DNA from: Candidatus Eiseniibacteriota bacterium
GTDB lineage: Bacteria > Eisenbacteria > RBG-16-71-46 > DASYSL01
Assembly: GCA_031431875.1 (NCBI GenBank)
Contig: JANPEF010000137.1
Location: 1 to 17,726 of the forward strand
DNA length: 17,726 bases
Direction: 5' to 3'
The notes under the pieces were generated by a model. That model ran no database searches and had not been told where the DNA came from. It was given only the letters and a program-made list of their open reading frames with translations. Within the stretch, counting starts at the first letter, position 1; the number at the start of each line of letters is the position of its first letter. Below are positions 8,765 through 15,490 of this stretch, in pieces. The position numbers and the translations under genes were made by a program.

Positions 8765-9071
8765 CTTCGAGCTCCTCCCTCATCCGCCGGAGAACTCTGG
8801 CGGAAATGTCCTCGCGAACTGCCTTCGTGTAGATGTCGAGCATCCAGATGATCCCGCTGCGCATCCGGACGAAGTAGATCACGCGCGCTCCGCCGCGCTT
8901 GCCCTTTCCACGGGCTGCCCAGCGGAGCTTGCGGACTCCACCCGTCCCGGGAATCACGACCCCGGCCTCAGGGTTTCCGACCAGGACCACCTGAAGTGCG
9001 GCGTACTCGTCATCGTCGAGATACCTCTCGACGAGCTTCGTGAACAACGGAGTCTCGACGATCGTGAACAA
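8751..9071 (-). CDS. higB: RelE/ParE-superfamily toxin (HigB-2-like mRNA interferase)
   Basis: FTIVETPLF...NPEAGVVIPGTGGVRKLRW...GKRGGARVIY...IYTK; TTG start; toxin-before-antitoxin order. Confidence 0.9.
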   Translation of the reverse strand: MFTIVETPLFTKLVERYLDDDEYAALQVVLVGNPEAGVVIPGTGGVRKLRWAARGKGKRGGARVIYFVRMRSGIIWMLDIYTKAVREDISARVLRRMREELEDATS

Positions 9072-9078
9072 GTCGAGC

Positions 9079-9095
9079 CTACGTCAGAGACGGAG
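9079..9095. promoter_or_regulatory. Putative HigA operator overlapping the TA promoter
   Basis: CTACGTC-AGA-GACGGAG (6 of 7 bp palindromic) overlapping a -10-like TAGGCT just upstream of the toxin start. Confidence 0.55.
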
Positions 9096-9213
9096 TCACG
9101 TCGAGTGCTTCGTCGCGACAAGAGGAGGAGGAGTGACCAATTTCGTTGAAGTTCACTCATGTGTCCCCCGGGGGCGGGTACGGGGGCTTCCATCGAGGCG
9201 GGGAGCCTCGATT

Positions 9214-9254
9214 CGAAAGGCCCGGGGCGACTGCTCCGGGCCTTTCGTGTCTTT
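9214..9254. terminator. Intrinsic terminator-like hairpin (possibly bidirectional)
   Basis: 12-bp perfect stem CGAAAGGCCCGG (9214-9225) / CCGGGCCTTTCG (9236-9247), extendable by 3 bp on the + strand, followed on + by TGTCTTT. Confidence 0.7.
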
Positions 9255-9280
9255 CGCTCCTGGCTGCTCTCGCAGCCAGA

Positions 9281-9997
9281 TTAGGTCGTGCTACCCGTCT
9301 CCTGCGACTGCTGCCGGGCGCCGCCGTGGCGGTCCCAGTGCACGATGTCGCCGAGCGGCTTGCGCAGCGTGCGATCGAACTCCTCGTCGGGATAGCCGAG
9401 CGCGCAGACCGCGGCGACGGCCCACTCTTCCGGCAGGTCGAACGCGGCCTTGAGGCGCGCCTCGTCGAAGCCGCCCATCGGGCCGGTGGCGAGTCCCTCG
9501 CCCTGGGCGACGAGCATGAACGCGGTGAGCGCCATCATCGTGTTGCGCAGCGCAAACTCGCGAGCGCCAAGGCCGTCCTCGCCGCCGCACAGGCGGTCGA
9601 GTTCGGCGATGGCCTCCTCGTACTCGTCCTGCGTCATGCGGCCGGCTTCGACGCGGCCCTTGAAGGTGTCCTTCGCCTCGATCCACTCGCGCGTGTTGGC
9701 GCAGGCCACGAGCACGAGCGGCGCCGACAGGATCGCCGGGGAGCCGGTGGTGCAGGCGAAGACCTTCTCGCGCTGGTCGCGCTGGCGGAGGATGAGCCAG
9801 CGCCACGGCTGGACACCCCACTCCGACGGCGCACGCTGGGCGAGCGACAGGATCTTGAGGAGCTTGTCCTCGGGCACCTCGCGCTTCTCGAAGGTGCGAA
9901 CCGGATGATAGGACAGCACCGCATCCTCGACCGTTCGCTCGACGGGTGGCTCGATCTCGGCGCGACGCCGCTGCTCCTCTTCCTTGGTGTACGGCAC
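9281..9997 (-). CDS. Nitroreductase-family (FMN-binding) oxidoreductase
   Basis: VRTF...APSEWGVQPW, GLATGPMGGFD, ALGYP, RKPL. GTG 9997 has SD GGAGG; the track's ATG 10096 lies within the predicted leader. Confidence 0.88.
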   Translation of the reverse strand: MPYTKEEEQRRRAEIEPPVERTVEDAVLSYHPVRTFEKREVPEDKLLKILSLAQRAPSEWGVQPWRWLILRQRDQREKVFACTTGSPAILSAPLVLVACANTREWIEAKDTFKGRVEAGRMTQDEYEEAIAELDRLCGGEDGLGAREFALRNTMMALTAFMLVAQGEGLATGPMGGFDEARLKAAFDLPEEWAVAAVCALGYPDEEFDRTLRKPLGDIVHWDRHGGARQQSQETGSTT

Positions 9998-10023
9998 GAT
10001 TCCTCCCCGATGCTGCGGACCGC

Positions 10024-10105
10024 AAAAGCAAAGACCCCGCGGGTGAACGGGGTCGCCCCCGTCGCGTCCTCCGCCGTCCGCGTTGGGGTGAGGCATTCAA
10101 GATCG
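10024..10105 (-). promoter_or_regulatory. Candidate attenuator/riboswitch-like 5' leader
   Basis: Terminator GACCCCG-N8-CGGGGUC-UUUGCUUUU upstream of the start codon, overlapped by the alternative hairpin ACGGGG-GCGA-CCCCGU. Confidence 0.5.
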
Positions 10106-10110
10106 GAGAA

Positions 10111-10139
10111 AGCATAGCAGGCGGCCGTGCATCCTGCAA
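10111..10139 (-). promoter_or_regulatory. Putative sigma70 promoter of the nitroreductase leader
   Basis: TTGCAG-N17-TATGCT with an extended -10 TG. Confidence 0.6.
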
Positions 10140-10168
10140 AGCGGCCCACGGTCAAGCGACGATCCTGC

Positions 10169-10200
10169 AACGAGAAGGGGCGCCCGGAGGCGCCCCGCTC
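10169..10200 (-). terminator. Intrinsic terminator of the poly-Pro beta-barrel gene
   Basis: GGGGCGCC-UCCG-GGCGCCCC followed by UUCUCGUU, about 30 nt after the stop codon. Confidence 0.65.
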
Positions 10201-10229
10201 GCTTCCTTCCTTCCCGGCGTCGCTCCGGG

Positions 10230-11060
10230 TCAGAAGGCGAAGCTCAACCCGAAGCGGCCGCCCGTTCCGTCGGCGTCGATGCGCTGCTCGGTGGCATAGC
10301 CGTAGTACGGGTCGTAGAAGTTGCTCTCGACCGTCGCCTCGTTGTGGAACACCTCGGCATTGAGGCGCACGTTCGGGGCGACCAGGAAATCGGCTCCGCC
10401 GTAGAGCTGCCAGCCCGGCCCGTCGTAGTGCGCCGCGTAGCCGAAGCCCGTCGTGTAGTCGAACGCCTCGACGTACATGAACTCCCACCCGCCGCCCACG
10501 CCGACGTACGGCTGGACCCCCTGCGACGGCAGGACGAACTCGGCGACGGCCATGAGCGGCACGAGGCTGGACTGGGACTCGGCGATCGTCCGCGAGGACT
10601 GCACGACGTTGCCCGCGCCGTCGATCGCCGTCGAGGTCACGGTCCGCGTGCTGTTCGTGCGCCACTGCCAGTCGACCGTCCCACCCAGGCGGAACATCGG
10701 GCTCACGTTGCCCACGGCCTTGAGCCCCATCATCCACGACTCCTCGGACACGTTGTCGGCGTCGAAGAATCCTCCGCGCACGACGAACAGGCTGCGCGGC
10801 TGGTGCGCCCGCGGCGGCGGCGGAGGCGGCGGAGGGGTCTTGTAGTAACGGCGCACCTGCATGGTCGCCAGGCCGCCGCCTGCGGCATACATGGGCGCGG
10901 GGGCGAGCTCGAACGAGACTCCCGGGACCTCGGGGGAGACCGCAAAGAACGCCGGGCGTGCCGCACCCTCGGCGGACGGAAGCTGGGTCTCGGCCGACCC
11001 CATTCGCGCCAGCACGGACACGCCCAGCACCACGTTGACGAACAGCATGCGCGGACTCAT
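10230..11060 (-). CDS. Outer-membrane beta-barrel protein (OmpW/OMP_b-brl-like) with an N-terminal poly-proline linker
   Basis: ATG 11060 with SD GAGGAG, a signal peptide, Pro8, then PYVGVGGG, GWQLYGGADF and a C-terminal BAM-type signal RFGLSFAF. Confidence 0.82.
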   Translation of the reverse strand: MSPRMLFVNVVLGVSVLARMGSAETQLPSAEGAARPAFFAVSPEVPGVSFELAPAPMYAAGGGLATMQVRRYYKTPPPPPPPPRAHQPRSLFVVRGGFFDADNVSEESWMMGLKAVGNVSPMFRLGGTVDWQWRTNSTRTVTSTAIDGAGNVVQSSRTIAESQSSLVPLMAVAEFVLPSQGVQPYVGVGGGWEFMYVEAFDYTTGFGYAAHYDGPGWQLYGGADFLVAPNVRLNAEVFHNEATVESNFYDPYYGYATEQRIDADGTGGRFGLSFAF

Positions 11061-11113
11061 CGAAGACTCCTCTCGTGCAGGGGATGCGCGTGCCTCAAGA
11101 CGAGGCGAGGCAA

Positions 11114-11130
11114 TGCACGAGGCGTGCCTA
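11114..11130 (-). promoter_or_regulatory. Putative sigma54 (-24/-12) promoter
   Basis: Minus strand TAGGCACGCCTCGTGCA, i.e. GG-N10-GC close to the TGGCAC-N5-TTGC consensus, 53 nt upstream of the ATG. Confidence 0.6.
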
Positions 11131-11328
11131 TGTACCCCCGCCGGCAGGCGGGGGGGCCTCTGCGGAGCCGCCGGGTCGATGGGCAGATGCTCCAAGTTGA
11201 ACGCCGGACATGCTTTGCCGGGGGCGCGTGCGGAATGCCGGTGTGCACCGGTGTACCGTCCGACATTTCCCACGCCGCTTTCGCGGCGTGGTAGGTGTAT
11301 CCCCCCCGCCGCAGCGGTGCGACGCGTG

Positions 11329-11346
11329 TGCTACGCTCGTCGCCCC
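11329..11346 (+). promoter_or_regulatory. Putative extended -10 promoter of dinB (near-leaderless)
   Basis: TG-c-TACGCT followed by 9 nt and ATG, with no SD. Confidence 0.5.
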
Positions 11347-12573
11347 ATGCCTTCCGCAAGCCCGCTCCGACGCATCGCACATGTGGACATGGACGCGTTC
11401 TACGCGTCCGTGGAGATCCGCGACGACCCGTCACTCGCCGGCAAGCCCGTCGTGGTCGGCGGAGCCCCCGGCCAGCGCGGCGTCGTCGCCGCCGCGTCGT
11501 ACGAGGCGCGCAAGTTCGGCGTCCGCTCGGCGATGCCCATGTCGCGCGCGGTGCGCCTGTGCCCCGACCTGGTGCGCCTGCCCGGTGATCCTGCGAAGTA
11601 CGCCGAGGTCTCGCGTCGCGTGTTCGAGGTCTTCGCCGGTTTCTCGCCGCTGGTCGAGCCGCTGTCCCTCGACGAGGCGTTCCTCGACGTCACCGGCACC
11701 GAGCGTCACTTCGGCCCCCCCGAGGAACTGGGCCGGCGCATCAAGGCCGCCGTCCGCGAGGCCGTCGCGCTGGTCGCGTCGGTCGGCGTCGCACCCTGCA
11801 AGTTCGCGGCGAAGCTCGGCTCCGACCACGGCAAGCCCGACGGGCTCGTGGTGATCGACGAGGCCGGGCTCCTGCCCTTCCTTCATCCCTTGCCCATCGA
11901 GCGACTGTGGGGCGTCGGCGCCCGGAGCGCGCCAAAGCTGCATGCGCTGGGCATCCGCACGATCGGCGACCTGGCCGCGAAGGATGTCGCGTGGGTGCGG
12001 CGCAACCTGGGGGACCACGGGCTCGACTGGCATGCGCTCGCGCTGGGCCGCGACGACCGCGCGGTCGTGCCCGACCAGCCCGCGAAGTCGATCTCGAGCG
12101 AGATGACGTTCGCCGCCGACGAACACGACCGCGCGCGACTGATCGCCATCGTCGCCGACCAGGCACTGCGCGTCGGCGTGCGCCTGCGCCGCAGCGGACT
12201 CGCGGGGCGCACCATCCAGCTCAAGCTGCGCGACGAGGCGTTCGACACCCGCACCCGGCAGCGCTCGCTCGGCGCCGCGACCGACGACGGCGACGTGATC
12301 TACCGCGCCGCCTGCGAGTTGCTCGCCACCGATCCCCTGCCCCGCCCGCTGCGGCTCATCGGCGTCGGAGTGTCCGGGCTGGTCGAGCTCGCGGCGCAGA
12401 CCTTGTCGCTGTTCGACGCCGCGGCGGAACCGGCGCGCGCCCAGGACGCTGCATTCCAGAAGGCGCTCGACGAGGTCGAGGCGAAGTTCGGCCGCGGCAA
12501 GCTGCGCCGCGCGCAGGCGCTGCTCGCTGACGACGTGCACGACACCGGAACCGACCTGGGCAAGCGTGATTGA
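11347..12573 (+). CDS. dinB: DNA polymerase IV (Y family)
   Basis: IAHVDMDAFYASVE, AASYEARKFGVRSAMP, SLDEAFLD, KPDG, LWGVG, KSISSEMTF, LRLIGV and a clamp-binding-like QTLSLF. The true start is ATG 11347, not 10861. Confidence 0.96.
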   Translation: MPSASPLRRIAHVDMDAFYASVEIRDDPSLAGKPVVVGGAPGQRGVVAAASYEARKFGVRSAMPMSRAVRLCPDLVRLPGDPAKYAEVSRRVFEVFAGFSPLVEPLSLDEAFLDVTGTERHFGPPEELGRRIKAAVREAVALVASVGVAPCKFAAKLGSDHGKPDGLVVIDEAGLLPFLHPLPIERLWGVGARSAPKLHALGIRTIGDLAAKDVAWVRRNLGDHGLDWHALALGRDDRAVVPDQPAKSISSEMTFAADEHDRARLIAIVADQALRVGVRLRRSGLAGRTIQLKLRDEAFDTRTRQRSLGAATDDGDVIYRAACELLATDPLPRPLRLIGVGVSGLVELAAQTLSLFDAAAEPARAQDAAFQKALDEVEAKFGRGKLRRAQALLADDVHDTGTDLGKRD

Positions 12574-13966
12574 GGGGCGCAGCCCCGGGCGAAAGGCGTT
12601 CGATACCGGGCTCGCGGTCGTCGCCGCGCTGCTGGCGATCTTCGCGACGACGCGGGCGCGCGAGGCGACCCTGGTGACCGCGGCGGCGTTCGTCGAGGCG
12701 AACCTCGACACGGTCCGCGCGATGCGCTCGCCGCTCGGCAGCAATGGGTTCTGGATCGGCGGCTGGGTCGGACCACGGGCCGACGATCTTTCTCCGGGAT
12801 CCTGGCGCGCACACGCAGAGGCCCGGCTCGACGTCTCCATGGGGCCGCTCGAGGACCGCTTCCGCCGGGCGGACAACGTCGCACGGCTCGCGTTGCTCGA
12901 CTCGCTGCGCGCGACGGAAGAGGAGAGCAGCCTCCCGTTCGTCTTCGTGCGTGACGATTCGCTCCATCCCGACGAGACGACGCGCCCGGGCTGGGAAGCG
13001 CGTGTCGAGGGTGTGGTCCGCGCGTATCGCGACGCACAATCGCTTGCGGGCTACTTCCTGGCGGACGAACCGCAGCCATCAGCCGCACCCGTCTGGGCAC
13101 CGGCGGCGCGACTCCTGCGGGAACTCGATCCGCACCACCCGGTCTACGTGAACTTCCTGCCGATCGCGGTCGAGGATGCTGCGGATCCGAACGCGGCCGC
13201 TCGCTGGCGGGCCGAGGTCTCGGCCGCCGTCGCGGCGGGGGAACTCACGCTCTTCACGTTCGACGCGTATCCGTTCGGCCCCGCCGGCGAACGCCCGCAC
13301 TTCCTGGCCACACTGCGCGAGGCGGCGCGCGTCTCGCAGGCAACCGGGCGTCCGTTCGGCGCGGTCCTGCAGTGGACGGGGCACGGCGACCTGCGCGCGG
13401 TCACGGAGGTCGAAGCGCTGTACCAGGCAACCCAAGCGCTCGCCCACGGCGCGAGCGGGATCACGTGGTTCACCTACGTCACGCCGAATCCCTCCGAAGA
13501 GCCCTGGCGCTGGCGCGGCGGCGCCATCGCGTACGACGGGACGCGCACCGCGCGCTACGACACCCTCGCCGCGATCAACGCACGCATCTACAACCTGGCC
13601 ATGCAGCGCGGGACGGCGGCCATGCGCGCCGCGCACTTCGGTGGTGGGCTTCCGGATGGATTCGGGGGCGAGAGCCGGCAATCAGTGCCCGGCGTCGAGG
13701 ACGTCCGGGGTGGGCCGGCGACGCTCGGTTACACGGCACCCGTCGAAGGCAAGATCCTGTATCTGCTGGCCAACCGCGATCGCACGCAGGCACGAACGTT
13801 CACCGTGAATTTCACGTCGAAGGATCCGTTTGATCCGCGGCGCGTCGTGACGCTCGGTCCGGGCGACGCCGTCGTGTTCACCGCGAAGTGGGTGAGCCGC
13901 CTGTGGCCGCCGGGCCCCGGGACCGCACCCGATCCACGCACCCCCAATCAATCCGATAAGCGCTGA
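12566..13966 (+). CDS. Exported or membrane-anchored glycoside-hydrolase-like TIM-barrel protein
   Basis: N-terminal hydrophobic segment; FWIGGWVGP, GYFLADEP, PVYVN, FDAYP and ALAHGASGITWFTY resemble GH-A-clan-like hypothetical proteins. GTG start overlaps the dinB end by 8 nt. Confidence 0.65.
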   Translation: MIEGRSPGRKAFDTGLAVVAALLAIFATTRAREATLVTAAAFVEANLDTVRAMRSPLGSNGFWIGGWVGPRADDLSPGSWRAHAEARLDVSMGPLEDRFRRADNVARLALLDSLRATEEESSLPFVFVRDDSLHPDETTRPGWEARVEGVVRAYRDAQSLAGYFLADEPQPSAAPVWAPAARLLRELDPHHPVYVNFLPIAVEDAADPNAAARWRAEVSAAVAAGELTLFTFDAYPFGPAGERPHFLATLREAARVSQATGRPFGAVLQWTGHGDLRAVTEVEALYQATQALAHGASGITWFTYVTPNPSEEPWRWRGGAIAYDGTRTARYDTLAAINARIYNLAMQRGTAAMRAAHFGGGLPDGFGGESRQSVPGVEDVRGGPATLGYTAPVEGKILYLLANRDRTQARTFTVNFTSKDPFDPRRVVTLGPGDAVVFTAKWVSRLWPPGPGTAPDPRTPNQSDKR

Positions 13967-15425
13967 ACCATGCGGGCTCCGGCTTGCGGATCGCGCGGTG
14001 GTCGAGACGGCCTTCGCGCACCAGCGTGAGGCAGGCGCCGTACGGGCTGTCGGCCTTCATGCGCGCGGGCTCGGTGGCGGCGTCGATGAAGTACTCGGGC
14101 CGCGCAAACGCCGCGAAGCGCATCTCGATCGCGATGTCGTCGTAGGTGTGCGACTGCATGAGCTCGCCCGTCTCGGGCGTGACGAGCCCGGCCAGGTCGA
14201 CGATCGGGCGGTCGGAGTAGTACGCGAACGCGCCGATGTCGCGGATCGCGACGCGCGTTCCCGGCGGCGTGTTCGCCTTGAACCAGCGGCCCTGGTCGAC
14301 CAGCGAGGCCTCCACCCCCGCCATGAACGTGTGCGCCTGCGGCACGATGACCACGAAGTAGGCCGCCAGCCCGACTCCGACCGCCGCGACGAACGTCGCC
14401 GAACGCCGTGGCCACGCGAGCAGGTGCGGCGCGAGCAGCCGCCAGCCGTAGGCGATCAGCAACGGCGCCAGCGGCACGATGTAGCGCGTCACGCCCGGGA
14501 CGCCGCTCACGGCGTAGAACGTCGGCAGCGCGAGGAGCCAGCCCAGCGGCACCACGTGCTCGCGGCCGCGACACGCCGCGTACTCGGCGGCGAAGTACGC
14601 CGGACCCAGGATCACGAGCGCGGCGCACTCGACGGGGCGACTCACCGCGAACTCCGATGCCATGAGAAGGACGATGTGCACCGCGCCGCTCCAACCCGCG
14701 TACTCGGCCGACTTGGCGAGCAGCGTGATCGGCAGCGGCGTTCCGTAGTACGCCCAGGCCCACGTGGTCCACACGCCGCCAAGCAGCGCCGCAGGCAGCA
14801 ACGCGAGCGCGACAGCGCGAGCGCGGGCTGCAATCGTCCCAGGCTCAAGCGCGACGCGCGTCGTCAGCAGCAGGATCAGCAACCCCGACTCGGGCCGCGC
14901 CAGCGCCGCCAGCGACCACAGGAGCGCGGGGGCGAACGGCCGGACGCCCCACGGGCGCGTCGCCGTGTAGCGCTCGAAGCCGGCGAGCACGCACAGGGCG
15001 GCGAACGAGGTCTCCATCCCCGAGCCCGCCCAGCGCAGGAACCACGCGTCGGTCGCCCACGCCAGCGCCGCGCAGGCCGCGATCCACGGGGTCGCCGCGC
15101 CGCCCGCCCCCCCGAGGAAGCGCGCGAACACGCGGCCGCCGAGCGCGCTCGCCGCGAGGGCGCACAGGAGCGAGAGTCCCTGGGCCGCGACCTGCAGGTC
15201 GAGCCCCGCGCGGCCCAGGAGGCCCAGCAACGCGCTCCACACGGGCGAGGTCGTGCCGTAGACGCGCTCGCCCACGTTGAAAACCAGGCCGTGGCCGTCG
15301 CGCAAGTGCTTCGCGTACTGCATGTGAATGAAGGCGTCGTCCGGCAGGAAGCCACGCAGCGGCCACCACAGGGCCAGGGTGACGAGAGCGGCAACCGTTG
15401 CGACGACGGCGGGGCGGGGCGACAT
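13878..15425 (-). CDS. Polytopic membrane GT-C-fold glycosyltransferase-like protein (AftB/ArnT/PMT-like)
   Basis: DDAFI after TM1, NVGERVYGTTSP, SGMET, ARPE, RY, DIGAFAYYS, DLAGL and many TM segments. Start ATG 15425 (MSPRPAVVA). Confidence 0.8.
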   Translation of the reverse strand: MSPRPAVVATVAALVTLALWWPLRGFLPDDAFIHMQYAKHLRDGHGLVFNVGERVYGTTSPVWSALLGLLGRAGLDLQVAAQGLSLLCALAASALGGRVFARFLGGAGGAATPWIAACAALAWATDAWFLRWAGSGMETSFAALCVLAGFERYTATRPWGVRPFAPALLWSLAALARPESGLLILLLTTRVALEPGTIAARARAVALALLPAALLGGVWTTWAWAYYGTPLPITLLAKSAEYAGWSGAVHIVLLMASEFAVSRPVECAALVILGPAYFAAEYAACRGREHVVPLGWLLALPTFYAVSGVPGVTRYIVPLAPLLIAYGWRLLAPHLLAWPRRSATFVAAVGVGLAAYFVVIVPQAHTFMAGVEASLVDQGRWFKANTPPGTRVAIRDIGAFAYYSDRPIVDLAGLVTPETGELMQSHTYDDIAIEMRFAAFARPEYFIDAATEPARMKADSPYGACLTLVREGRLDHRAIRKPEPAWFSAYRIDWGCVDRVRSRGPAATGGSPTSR

Positions 15426-15490
15426 GCGCGGCAGCTTCGCAGGTCGCGGCAGGCCTTGCAACGCGGCGGGCTTTCGGATGGAATGGCTCG
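15426..15490. promoter_or_regulatory. Candidate back-to-back promoters sharing one palindromic -35 (TTGCAA)
   Basis: + strand: TTGCAA-N17-TGGAAT-N6-GTG 15491. - strand: TTGCAA-N17-GAAGCT-N7-ATG 15425. Confidence 0.4.

Noticed and set aside
9027..9075. Imperfect direct repeat TTGTTCACGA...TCGTCGAGA at the toxin 5' end
   Set aside because: It lies within coding sequence (FTIVE / FTKLVE) and is explained by similar residues.
10047..10090. Guanidine-II (mini-ykkC) or ZTP riboswitch
   Set aside because: The hairpin loop is GCGA rather than ACGR, there is no second ACGR hairpin, and the ZTP core sequence is absent.
10861..11346. 162-aa N-terminal extension of DinB in the ORF track
   Set aside because: It overlaps the divergent barrel gene and its promoter; family similarity begins just after ATG 11347.
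11274..11346. LexA/SOS box upstream of dinB
   Set aside because: No CTGT-N8-ACAG, GAAC-N4-GTTC or GTTC-N7-GTTC match; a lineage-specific box cannot be excluded.
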